A stretch of DNA of 53,916 nucleotides. Source: Reclinomonas americana ATCC 50394 (taxonomy: Eukaryota). The position numbers were made by a program, and so were the translations under genes. Position 1 is the first letter of the stretch. Each line of letters opens with the position of its first letter. Positions 1-11,901 of the stretch are shown piece by piece. The notes beneath the pieces are model-generated. The model saw only the letters and a list, made by a program, of their open reading frames with translations, did no database searches and was not told where the DNA came from. The stretch lies in the NCBI GenBank assembly GCA_048213135.1, contig PS015223.1:133273-187188 (forward strand), in the 5' to 3' direction.

Positions 1-56
1 CTCTGTGAAGAGTATGGTAGCCGGTGCATGAGCACTGATGATCATGTGGCATGCAG

Positions 57-147
57 AAAGGAGCGCTACGAGCAGACCATGTCGCAGATCGAGCGCGACA
101 TTGAGAAGCTGTCGAAGAAGTTTGTGTATGTGCACGAGGACTTTTAA
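57..147 (+). CDS. ENKUR: Last exon of an enkurin-family ciliary protein (gene starts upstream of the window)
   Basis: After acceptor tgcag (ends 56) the exon reads KERYEQTMSQIERDIEKLSKKFVYVHEDF, TAA at 145-147. This resembles the enkurin C-terminus (KxxxExxxxQxExDIxxxxKxxxYV). Only about 30 aa are visible. Confidence 0.6.
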
Positions 148-246
148 ACGCAGCAGCGGTCGCGACGGAGGATAAGTGGTGAAGGAGATAAGAAGCAAAG
201 TGTAAATTCAAGTCTATCGACGAATACAATCACTGTGAGGGAGAGC

Positions 247-1162
247 ATGGGGAGCATTGTGAGCGCCATTATGGGCGCGCGGCACAACAGCACCGCGGCT
301 GCATATGCGCCGGTGATTCGGCGGCTGGCGGTGGCACAAGTGATCTTTGTGGCGATTGAGATCTATCTGATGGTGGTGCTCTCCACGTGCATTCAGACCA
401 GCACCAAGTGTCACGTGCTCTTTGCCATGGCCACCACACTCATGGCCACGTCGTCCATTGCCATCCCCGTGGGCTGGTACGCAGCGCAGTCGCTCGGCAA
501 AATCTCCGCCATTGTGGTCAGTGATGCATGCATGCATGCATTCACGGCAAAAAAAGAGCGAGACGTGTGTCTGACTGCATTGTTCGCCACACGCACACAC
601 GCAGTTCATGGTCTTGGCCATAGCTCGCTTCGGTGTGAGCGTGGCGCAGGTGGCGGTGTACTTTGCGTACGGAGCCTCCACACAGGCCATCATTGCCGTC
701 GTCGTGCTCATTTTGCGAGTGAGTGTCCGCCTCCTCCTCTCCCTTCTTCTCCTTCTTCACTCACAGCCGTGCACGGCTCAGGTGGTGTGGTTGTACGCCG
801 CGATCTACTTTGTGTATCTGCTGTACAACCGCCCGGGCGAGCCGACGGTGATGGGAACGCCGCTGATCCGACAACCGCAGCCATTCGCGGCCGCGCCGCC
901 GCCTGTGGCCTACTCGCTGGAGCCGCCACCATCGTATGCGTATGCCATGGCTCCGCCACCGTCACCGCCACCGCAGCAGTCGCCACCTCCGCCATATCCG
1001 TACGCAGCAGCTGGAGGAGGCTCGTATGTTCCGCCGAGCTTGGTGGGTGAGCAGCGACCGCCACCACAAAACCCAGCATACATGTACAGGCAGCCGCCGA
1101 GGCACGGCAAGAACAACGACGACGACGACGACAACAGTTTCGGAAAACACGTGTCGCTGTGA
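247..1162 (+). CDS. Four-TM membrane protein with a proline-rich, PPxY-containing C-terminal tail (3 exons)
   Basis: ATG 247; GT-AG introns about 517-604 and 719-781 join ORFs 235..1050 and 608..1162 in frame. Four hydrophobic segments are followed by PPPSY and PPPPY motifs. Confidence 0.7.
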
Positions 1163-1223
1163 CCCCTCCTCCCCCGCGTCTTGTACAATCACTAAATAAA
1201 GAGAAACCAAGCTGTGTAACTGT

Positions 1224-2407
1224 TCATTTGGAGCTGGCTGCTAGTGCCGCCGAGGCCAGATCCAACAAGTCGCGTGCATCCATCACCTGCGGAGCCTCGC
1301 TGTTGACGGCCAGTCCACGCAGCAGCTGCTCGCCCTTGACGGTGAGATCCTCGAACACCTTGGCCACGTACTCTTGCAGAATGAGAAGCAGGGCGCGCTC
1401 TTTGCGCACCAGAGCCTCGGCACGAATCGAGCGCGTCAGCTCCTCGGCCAGCTCCGGCGCCAGCTGCGCTTTCCGCCGGTGCACCAGCTGCTTCATCACG
1501 GCCGGCGACGCATCAAACGCCTCCTGCTGCTGGTGTGGTTGCCGTGCGCGACCCTGCTGTTGATGCTGTTGCTGCAGTGGCTGCTGCTGCTGCTGCTGCT
1601 GCGACGATGACGACATGGAGGAGGCTCCTCGAGAGACGGTCGACGAGGAGGACGCCGGCGACGAAAACGTCGACAGAGCACTCTTTGGTGACTGCTCCAG
1701 CATTGAGCTGTCCTCGTCGCACAGCAGAGCGTCGTCCACCGACGCCGCCGCAATCGCCGACTCGGTGCGATACAGCTGTGTGCGTGATAAGAGTGAGCAA
1801 AGGCGGGAGACAGGGGGGAGGATCCAGGCAGAAGCAGCTCACCAGTGCCTGCAGCTCCACGTTGCCGAGGTGTGCGTACTTGTCCTCACTCGGCGGCAGC
1901 ATGCTCAGTCGCACGATATCCTCATACAAGTCGCGCTTGGCAGCGTAGCCGGCCGCCAGCAGTCCCACGCACAGTTGATCGAGTCGCTGTCGAGTGACCG
2001 ATCCACACAGCGTCTCTCTGCGCAATCGTCAGTCAGCTCGACGAGAACTAATAGCATACCACCGTTACCGCCACCACCCTCTTCGCAACTTGAGCAGATA
2101 GCCCAGCTCGCCCAGGCTGTCGGAGACACTGCTGAAGCGCTTTCGTATTCTCTCCAAGCCCGGTTTGTTCTGGCACAATCGCTTGTACGGACTCTCCAGT
2201 GGCCTGCACATACACACACACATCCATCGTCAGTCAATGCCACCCCTTGTCCTCACAAGGAAGAATGGGAGTGAGGGCGCACCGCTGCTCCACCAGATCG
2301 CGCATGGTGGTCTCTCGTGGTCTCTTGCGACCGCGACCCAGAATCTGGAACGACTGACTGCCGGCACTGCTGACCGAGGAGGGCGAGGAGAACGATTCCA
2401 CTTGCAT
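1224..2407 (-). CDS. Hypothetical protein with Ser/Gln low-complexity middle and helical C-terminus (4 exons)
   Basis: MQVESFSS...EDKG|PLESPYKRLCQ...LRR|GETLCG...LQAL|LYRTESA...ASSK; three phase-consistent GT-AG introns. No family recognised. Confidence 0.6.
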
Positions 2408-2614
2408 TGTGCTGTACTCGCGCGATAGAATGATGATGGGAACGCGGGTGATTTTGTCGCAAAAACAACAAAATTTGACTGTAACGGTCGACGCGGGACC
2501 TGCGGACGGTGACGTCGAGTCAAGTCCCCCTTCCCCTTCCTCCTCGTCGCTCATAAACAAACATGTTTACCATTTACAATCATTTCTTGCTCATTCAGCT
2601 TCTCACGATTCTCA

Positions 2615-3603
2615 TCATGCAAACTCAAACTCGCCAAACGAATAACCCGACGATCCGCCCGGCACCAAGTCCAACTGCACGCCCTGGAACGGACGCAGCT
2701 CCGGGTCACAATAGTAACCTGCACACAAGGGAAGAAGAAGGCGTGTAAGCTGGGCATTCAGTGTCTGTGGAGAGAGAGACAGACAGACACATGCATGCCT
2801 TCAATGTGGCCCGACGCCGTGTCGTAGCACATGTAGTAGAAGCCGCTGATGGTGAGCGAGCATTCAGAGTCGGTCTTGAGGAAGCATTGCTCCTTCCAGC
2901 GCATGAACCTTGCGGTATGGCGAGAGTGCAACATGAGTACGTCGTGAAAAGAAAGCACCATGCGCTATGATTATGGCGAAACTTGTACTGCGAGCGACTT
3001 GCAATGGGAATGCAGTCGCACCCGATGGACACAAAGTCCTTGTGGAAGGGCGCAAAGGCCGCGAACCGCTCCCAGTGCTTCCGGTCCGTCTCAAAGTCGG
3101 CGCGCCACCGGTTGGTGAGGAAAAAGTAATTGATGTTGTCAATGATCTGTCAAAGTCGAGAGCGAGCGAGTGAGTGAGTGAGAGAGGGGGGAAGGCTGAG
3201 TCACGTACCTCGCCCTCCCAGTAGGTGACAGACGAGGAGTGGCGAGTGGGATGTCTGGCCTCCATGCTGAGCTCGACGAGTGAGCGCACAGAGAGAGAAG
3301 AGTAAACACAGACAGCACGCAACGTTCCATACACCAAGCCATTGGGGTGATCAAAGTCAAACACCTCCTGTGCACACACACATGAGCGACACTCACACAC
3401 GCGCACACTCGCGCACACAGCAAGAGACTGACCACTTCCACATCCCACATGCCCTCCTCTGGTGAGGCATTCATCTGTTGCACACCAGAGAAGCGCAGGC
3501 CTCCGCGCATTGTGCATATGGTGGAGGGTGCAGCAGAGAGTGATGATGACGAGGAGGAGGAGGAGGAAGAGGAAGAGGCCACGCTTCGACCTCGCTCGTG
3601 CAT
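2615..3603 (-). CDS. GID4: GID4/Vid24, substrate receptor of the GID/CTLH E3 ligase
   Basis: Spliced motifs LRFSGVQ, TYWEGEIIDNINYFFLTNRW, KFMRWKEQCF, LTISGFYYMC and IEGYYCDPELRPFQ...GYSFGEFEFA match the Vid24 family. Five introns, the last one GC-AG (2719-2798). Confidence 0.9.
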
Positions 3604-4274
3604 TTGAGAAAGAGTGAAATTGCGCACGAAACTCACTCTCTCTCAAAGGTGAGCGTGCGAGTGCGTCTCATGTGCTCGGTGGCCTCTCTCTCTCACTCAC
3701 TGTGTGTGCGCTCAGAATACNNNNNNNNNNNNNNNNNNNNNNNNNNNNNNNNNNNNNNNNNNNNNNNNNNNNNNNNNNNNNNNNNNNNNNNNNNNNNNNN
3801 NNNNNNNNNNNNNNNNNNNNNNNNNNNNNNNNNNNNNNNNNNNNNNNNNNNNNNNNNNNNNNNNNNNNNNNNNNNNNNNNNNNNNNNNNNNNNNNNNNNN
3901 NNNNNNNNNNNNNNNNNNNNNNNNNNNNNNNNNNNNNNNNNNNNNNNNNNNNNNNNNNNNNNNNNNNNNNNNNNNNNNNNNNNNNNNNNNNNNNNNNNNN
4001 NNNNNNNNNNNNNNNNNNNNNNNNNNNNNNNNNNNNNNNNNNNNNNNNNNNNNNNNNNNNNNNNNNNNNNNNNNNNNNNNNNNNNNNNNNNNNNNNNNNN
4101 NNNNNNNNNNNNNNNNNNNNNNNNNNNNNNNNNNNNNNNNNNNNNNNNNNNNNNNNNNNNNNNNNNNNNNNNNNNNNNNNNNNNNNNNNNNNNNNNNNNN
4201 NNNNNNNNNNNNNNNNNNNNNNNNNNNNNNNNNNNNNNNNNNNNNNNNNNNNNNNNNNNNNNNNNNNNNAAGCA

Positions 4275-4498
4275 ATGTCGGGTCGCAAGGGAACGACTGT
4301 GATGGCGTACGCGTGCCGCGCGTTCAGGGATTACCACGAGAAGTACATTGTTGCGTCTCTCACTCTCTCTCGCACACACACACACAGACACACACACGCA
4401 CACAACACACACACACACACGCGCACACGCACAATCACTCAATCGCATCACATGCATTCATGGTGCAGTGTCTCGCTCCCCCTCTCTCCTCTCTTACA

Positions 4499-4530
<32 letters not shown>

Positions 4531-4748
4531 CCTCCCTCTCCTCTCTCCATCGCTTTCTCGCTGCGCGTTTGCGCGTTTGCGCCTTGCCATGTCGCGTCAT
4601 GTTGGTCTCTCACTCTCACTCTCTCTCTCTCCACTCCACAGGCACAGGGCAAGATCAACCCGGTGTTCCACATTGGCATTCTCGGCGGCACGCTCGGCTA
4701 CCTCATTGAGTTGCCGCACCTGCAGGGTCAGTCATCATCAATCACCTT

Positions 4749-4779
<31 letters not shown>

Positions 4780-4881
4780 TGCTCACGTCTGTGTGTCACA
4801 GCGCACAAGGCGCACGAGAAGGCCGCTGCCGCTGGTGCTGGTCACGGTGCCGATCACGGCCACGCCAACGAGCACCACTGA
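4275..4881 (+). CDS. ATP17: Mitochondrial ATP synthase subunit f (5' end may lie in the preceding gap)
   Basis: Spliced AFRDYHEKYI|AQGKINPVFHIGILGGTLGYLIELPHLQ|AHKAHE...HH resembles plant/protist subunit f (DxYxxKYIxxxSxxPxxH + TM + His-rich tail). Introns start at 4350 and about 4727. Confidence 0.7.
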
Positions 4882-5096
4882 GAGGAGAAATGCCAGTCTC
4901 TTGAGAGGAGGCCATTGATTTTCTCTCATCCTCTCCTCCTCCTCATCATCATCATCATCATCGTCTCGATGCTCAATGCAGGCGACCTTCTGTGTGTGTA
5001 TATCATCTACACCCACCCAGCATCTGGCGGCGTCGTATTCATTCTGTGTTGTCATCCGCCACGTAATTGTGTCATGATTTGGTGGTGAAGGTGGCA

Positions 5097-8000
5097 CTAG
5101 TTCTTGACGCAGGTGAAGAACAGCACGGCCAGCATGAAAAAGAGCGTGGCGTAGGCCACGGTGGATGGTGCAATCGCCGAACGCACTTCCACCGTTGCCG
5201 ATTTGAATGTCTCCACCAGCGCGGCCGCACACGGCTCCTCTGGCTTGCCGCTCAGGTGTCGCGAGATGCGGTGTGCCTCGGCCAGCAGTGGCTCCGCCGC
5301 CTGGTGGTTGTGCTGGCGCAGGTACACGGAGCCGAGGTGCGCCAGTGCGGCGGCCAGCTCGGCCAGATCTGCCTCGCGGAACATGCTGCGCGGGCACTCA
5401 GCAAGGCGCTTGTACAGCGTCACCAGGCTCGCCATGTCGTTGCGCGCGCGATAAATCTCCACCAACAGCAGCATTACTCGGGCCGACTGGGCCGAGCACT
5501 TGCCACCCGCCTGGTTCAGCGACGCCTCCAGCGCCTTCTCCAGGTACGCCGCACGCTGGTCTGCGTTGCGTTCCGAGTTGGCCAGCGACAGCAGCAAATC
5601 CACATAGATGGGGTCCAGTGGCGACACCAGGTCAACCTGCAGCCGCATGGCTTCCTCCTCCTTGGCCAGCGCCTCCTGAGTGCGCTCGGCACGCTCGAAC
5701 AGTGCCGCCAGTGCGCGCAGCAGCTCCACGTAGCCCAGATCCTTGCCCGACAGCTTGTTGTGCAATCCCAGCGCCTCCTTCAGGTAGGCAATCGCCTGCT
5801 CCCAGTCACCGCCACGTGCCGCCACATCACTGGCCTGCTTCAGCAGCTCCAACAGTTGCGCATTGGCACCTGTTCGATCAACACTCAGCAACACCGTCGC
5901 ACACACGTGGGGCCAACAAGCAAAACATCAGCTCACCACCGCCAACTTTGCGGGACAGAGCCAGCAGGTCGGGCATCAGTTTCATCGCCTCGCTAAACTT
6001 GCCCAGATGCTGATACACGGCCGCCAGCTGACTCAACAGCTGCGCGTAGTTGGCCGACTCCTTGTCCTGCTCCAGCTCCAGCAGTGTCGTCAACAGCAAC
6101 TCGGCCTCCGCGTCCAGCTTGGCGTCCACCAGCGCCGCAGCCAGCTCGCCCAGCACCTCGATCATCTCCCTGCGTCGCTCCTTCAGCGTCTTGTTGACGA
6201 TCTTTGCCAGGCTCTTGCGTGCGTCGTCAACCTCCGTGTCCACTGCAGCGGTGCGTGTGAGCCCACGCCGACTCTTTTTTGTTTGTACATGCATGAATGA
6301 AGGATTACGCAACGCTTCCACAGCGAGCCGCGAATCAAGTTGAACCACTCGCGCTCCTCCGGCTCGATTGGTCGCTTGATCACCGACTCCAGTGCATCCA
6401 GAGCACGGCTGTAGAATTCCGTGGCCTCGGTGTGCTTGCTCGACTTGGCCGACTCGGCGATGAAGTCAAAGCGCACACCCAGCAGGAATTGCGACAGGGC
6501 GTACGTGAACGACTGCTGCGGCACCAGGCGATTGATGCTGTCCTGCATCTCCTTGTACGCCTGCTCGGCCTTGGACTGCTCCTTGCGCAGATCGTGACGA
6601 ATGCCGACCACAGCCAGGTACGCCGAGTACCTACAAAACGCCACATCTATCTCAGCATCCACCTGCATGAAACGCACACACACAAATGTAAGCGCACGCA
6701 CCCAACAAAGTCCGAGCCAAAGTAGTCCTGCAGCGCCTGGATGTACAACCTCGACGCCTCCTCGGTGCTTCCGTTGTAGTCCTTGTGCGCAGCGAACAGA
6801 CCGTAGGCCAGAGCACGCACCGGGCTGCAAATGTGACGTGCATGAGATAATCGACACCTCCCTCTCTCGTTCCCACTCTTCCGGGAACACACCTCTCCGA
6901 ATCGTAGTGCTTGTTGATGATGCTGAGTGCCTCCGACGCCTTCACGTCGGCCTCCTCCTGTCGACCCTCCGCGTCAAGTCGAGCCGCATCGAAACCAATT
7001 GATGCGGCCGACAAGGCCGAGCGGCGACCGAATGCACGACGTGCCGAGCGCACCGCATCGTCAAAGGCTGGTGTTACGGGCACGTGTGAGATATGAGACA
7101 GCACGCAACAGGATGACGGCACACCACTCACCCGAGTCACTGGCAGTCTGGCGACCAAGCAGCTCCTCGCGCAGTGCCACCAACACCTGCACCACCGCGT
7201 ACATGGTGTGCTTGGCGCCCAACGCTGCAATGAATAGGCGTCACAATGACAAGCACGTATCAATAGATTTTCGTACTTCGACACGCAACTGCTCTCCACC
7301 GACGACAGCGTGGTGTGTGCCAGTTCGTCGGCCTCGTCGTGGAACCCCAAAATGTCGTGCACCACGGTGAACACGCCAAACAGGAGCGGGTTGAGCGGGG
7401 ATCGCACACGGTTCAGTGCCTGTCGCGACGCGACAAGGGCCTATATCGACACACACAAAGGGAGCGATGAGGGGGGGAGCGCCTTCACGCACACCAACCC
7501 TGGCGACGCACCTCCTTGGCGCCATCCTGGTCGCCGGTCCGCTTCAAATCCCAGGCCGAGAAGGCGTGGAAAGCCGCACGTCCGAGTTCCGGCGCATCGC
7601 TCGACGCAAACGCCTCACGCGCCTCGGCCCACAGTGACTCGGCTCTGCTCGATCGGATAAGCACCACAAAAAATCACACCATCCGGCCTGTAACGTCACA
7701 CTCACCGCTCCTCGTCGTTGTTGATGCGGTACAGCGAGGCCAGCAGAGCCTTGGAGGTTCCCACCAGTGGTGAGCTGCTGCTGAGTCGCGTCTTCTGCCA
7801 GTCCAGCGACGACTGGCACACGTTGATCGCTGTGCAATCGTCGACTCGTCAGGCACACGAGGAGGATGCGAAACGAAAAACAACTCGTGTTCACGACGCA
7901 CCCGGCTGTGGGTAGCCGTTGTGGCCGAGCAGGGCGGCCAACAGGCAGTTCGAGAACGGCAGCATCGACGCACGGAGCACTCGCGACGACAAGTCGCCCG

Positions 8001-8817
8001 TCAACGACAACAGTCCCGGCACGTCGGTCGTCGTCACACTGGCAATCGTCTCTGCGCGCGCGCGCTCCCCCCAGGTCAGGCAACGACAAGCGCAACTGCA
8101 ACCCGAACAAAGTCGACGCAACTCGGCAACTGGCTAGTGAGCAAGCTCTCGAGGTTGTCGCCGGCAGCCGATCCCGATCGCAGCAGCACCTGCAGCGCCA
8201 CCAGTCGTTCGGCCAGCTCGAAATCCTTGCTCTGCACCTGCTTGGAGCTTCCGCTCTTCTTCGCCTGCACAAAGATGTTCTTCCAGTAGTACGAGTAGTA
8301 CGACTCGAAGGCGGCGTGGAAGCGTTGCACCAGCTGCGACAGCGATGTAGTCGAAGTCGTCGACGACGCATCATGCTGCTCCTCCTCCGCATCGATGTTG
8401 TCCTTGGCCACGTACTCGTCCACGCGCGTGACCGTGTACTCTTTCAGAATGACAAACTCCCCGTTCGCATCCTCACCCTCCTCCACCTCTGCGCGTGTGT
8501 GAGAGAGCGTGCGCGTGCAGATGTTCGGCATGTCATGTCCTCACCGTGCGCCTTTTGCACGACCGTGGCGGCAACTGTCTCGTGATCGAGCGTCACCTCC
8601 ACCTCGTGCGCAATGCCTGCACACATACACACATGCGTATAGACAAGAGTGAGTGAGCACATGCAAGTGCACCCAAACGAAAGAGGGACAACTCGCAACT
8701 CTCGTCGGTGTCATCGTCGCCGGCCGACGAGTGAACGAACGCAAGTGATGTGAGCAGGAGGAGAGCAACGAGGAGCAGCGAAAACAGCACAAGCTGGTGG
8801 TTTCGCCGCGTCGTCAT
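5097..8817 (-). CDS. Multi-exon TPR-like helical repeat protein with N-terminal signal peptide and C-terminal TM segment
   Basis: Starts MTTRRNHQLVLFSLLLVALLLLTSLAFVHSSA; about 11 GT-AG introns traced. Kinesin-light-chain-like TPR units (LAAVYQHLGKFSEA; LAHLGSVYLRQHNHQAAEPLLAEA). Ends VAYATLFFMLAVLFFTCVKN, TAG. Confidence 0.7.
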
Positions 8818-9240
8818 GACGAATGAATCTCGTGTGAAATGGCGGGAGCGAACGTCGAGTGTCAGTCGAACCACACTTGAGAAAAGGGAGGGCTACTGTT
8901 GTATATGTGTATGTGAGAGAGAAGGGGGCGTGGACTCTGTCGGTGAAGGCGATCGTGGACGACGGGGTTTCATGATCATGTTCGGAACTCAGCGTGCGAC
9001 GTCGCTGTGTTTGCGGTGAGAGGCAAACGCGCTCTAGTGTGAGTGTGAAAGGCTATCCACATGGACCGCCTTTACCCCTTTGCGTTGTGATGTGCTGTGA
9101 GCTAACGTCGCGTGCGTCTGCCGGAAAGCAATGAAATCCGGCAACTTGTTTTTCGCAGTCTTCCTCGCTGCGCAGTGCACAGCCCCCTCTTCCTCTTTTC
9201 TTGTTTCCTCCACCTCTTCAGCAGCAGCATCACATTCGCC

Positions 9241-10556
9241 ATGGAGAAGCCTGTCAAGTGTGTGGTTCGTTGCTTTCTGGCCTCACGCTGTCTGCGAGTC
9301 ACCTATCTCTCTCTCTCCCTCTCTTTCGACCAACTCTATCGCTGCGTGTGTGTCTGTGTGCAGATTGTTGGCGATCCCTCCGTCGGCAAGTCGTCCATGG
9401 TGCGTGTGTACGCGTGTGTGCTTGTGTGTGTTTTCTTGTCAGATGTGTTGTTAACACCCTCGTTCTCTCTCCCACAGACGCTCATGTTCAGTGCGTGTGC
9501 ATTCCCATTCTCTTGTTTCCGCGCGTGTACGTGTGTGTGTGGGTGGTTTCCATCGCCTCTGACATTCGAGTATTATGTGTGATTGGTTCAGTTCACGGTC
9601 AATTCCCCGAGAACCATGTTGCGTTCGTGTGGCACTCGCGCGTGTGTGTATGCATGCCTGCGTGGTGTATAGGAGCGTGGAACAGTGACACTGACTTGTT
9701 GATATGTATGTTGTCCGCTGTGCCACCAGGATCCGACAATAGGTGAGAGCGTTCATGCATTGCTTTTTGTGTGTGATATGTATGCTGACAACAACACGAC
9801 ACGACACGACGCGCAGCTGACACCTTCCGCAAGTCGGTCCGTTCAAAGTCTTCGCCTATTGCTGGCCAGCCGGCTCCACTGGCCAACATGAGTTGCGTGC
9901 GCCCTCTCTGCCGTGTCTCTCCTGCACCTGCTGCTGATATCGATTCTCTCGCAGCGCTGTTCGACACGGCCGGTCAAGACGAGCTCACCAACCTGCGCAA
10001 ACTGGCGTATCCAGGCACCGATGTGGTCCTGTTGGCGTTCAAGTGCGTCACTGTGCCTCGCGACAGCGATCGATTCAGAACTCACCGTGTTCTTGTGCGC
10101 AGCATTGCAAACTCGGTGTCGCGCGAAAATGTCACACGCTTCTGGTGGCAGGAGATCAAGGCCTGCGTGAATCCGCCAGCCCCAAGTTGCGATCACGCAC
10201 AAACATACTTGTGTGTGTTTATAGTGGGATTGGCTGACACTGCAGTGCTGCGCAGTCATTCTCGTCGGCACCAAAGCCGATCTTCGCGACGATCCTGAGT
10301 TCGCCAGCAGGTGCTCGTCTCGCGCAGACGGTGAAACCCTGGCACAGCACATTGGCGCCCACTGCTACATGGAGTGCAGTGCCAAGCAGGGGCAAGGACT
10401 GCGAGAGGTGTTTGAGCAGGCAGCCACCGTGGTACGTTTTCATCTGCCTGTCCATGCACGCTGCTGGGATATCTCACCACCACCACCACCACCCACCCGC
10501 AGGTGCTTGTACCGCCCGTGCCCGTCGACGACGGATGCCGTTGTGTAATCATGTAA
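9241..10556 (+). CDS. Rho-family small GTPase with CaaX box (10 exons)
   Basis: Spliced KCVIVGDPSVGKSS, DTAGQDE, LAYPGTDVVLLAF, IILVGTKADLRDD, YMECSAK, ending CRCVIM-TAA. Nine GT-AG introns keep the frame, including two 13-nt exons (9478-9490, 9730-9742). Confidence 0.92.
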
Positions 10557-10753
10557 GCGGTCCCTAAATTCCTAGGCATCGACAAGTGGTAGTGAAGTGA
10601 GAGAGCGCGCGTTTCGTTTCATCACAGCCGTCGTTCATTGGTTTGTTTTTTAACGTACGAATAGAGCGCGCGCACCAAGATGCGCGTGTTGCGTGCGGCA
10701 TCGCACACAGTTGGGTTGTTGGTTTTGCATGTGAGACGAAGCGACAGGATGCC

Positions 10754-11578
10754 TCAGAAGACAACGACAAGGAGGTGAACGGCGGCGGCAAGGGTGACGA
10801 GCACGGCAATGTCCCACACGAGCCAGCGCAACGGCTGCACACGGGTGATGAAAAACAATGAATGCAACAGTCGCATCAGCGTGAAGATGCTGAAGTAGAT
10901 GGTGGAAGCCAACTGACTGGCGTGATTGAGCCCCCTCGTCAGCACCAGCAGGAAGCCGATGATGAGGAAGATGGGGATGTGCTCCACATCGTCCCTGTAG
11001 ACGACAGGGGGCAGAGATGAGCTCACATGAACGACACACACAACACAAAAAAGCTCAAACAGACAGCACACGGTTCGGGTAATGCAAGAGAGGGAAAGAG
11101 AGCGTACCTGAGCATGGCGAGACCGCGATCGACTTGTGTCAGGATGCTGCTGCTGCCACCGGCCACGCGGACCTCAGGTGGCACCGCATGCGCACCCTTG
11201 CCAATGGCCTGCGGCTCTGGTGGAAAGTCCTGCCATCACGTACAAGTGGTGGTGAGAAACCGCTGTGACGAATTTCCTCGCACGAGCGAATCATTCTCCC
11301 CCCTGAAAAACACAAAAAAAAAACACGACTCAACTTCTGGCGCCAGTGGGCGTCCTTCCTTGCGCCTGCCCACTGTCACGTAGACAGCAGAGGCGAAGAT
11401 CTGCGGCGAGAGGTGTGAGGAAACCCACAAACAAGGCGATTGACACATTTTAGGGAAAATACTGCGGCAGCAGCAGAAAACAGCAGTGGTGCACCTTGAC
11501 AAACAAGGCCACAGAACAGACGGCGAGCGTCTGCGCGGCCATGTTGGTGTCATCGTAGATGTTGTCAATGTCGGCCAT
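10754..11578 (-). CDS. MAPEG-family membrane protein (MGST1/PTGES-like), 4 exons
   Basis: Spliced ALFVK|IFASAVYV...APE|D...VDRGLAMLR|DDVEHIPIF...FTLMRLLHSLFF..VQPLR; PED, DxE..P.F, RxxH and QPxR pattern with four TMs. Confidence 0.8.
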
Positions 11579-11901
11579 TGTGGCAGAGAGTGGGGCGAGT
11601 AATCACAGATGGGATGAAGATGCTTGTGAACAACAAGAGACAACTGCGACACAGTCGGTACAATGTGTGAGGGCACAGTAGCTCGGTCCCACTGCCCAGA
11701 ACACAAGCATACACACACCTGCAAGTGAGCCTGTCACACGTCGGCAGTGTGTGCTCCAAGATCCGCTGTCAAGATGAACGAGGATGAGATTCTTCCGTCG
11801 GCGCCAAGTCACGAGTTTACCCGACGAGCCTGGAGACAACAATGATCACTGCCCCCGTCACGCAGTCTTGCTCTCTCATTCTTTTCTCTCCCTTCACTGC
11901 G

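Noticed and set aside
3598-4918. Long ORFs spanning N runs (also 17428-18747 and 30539-32260)
   Set aside because: Artefacts of translating gaps. ORF 17566..18747 probably fuses the TPR gene end with Chibby copy A.
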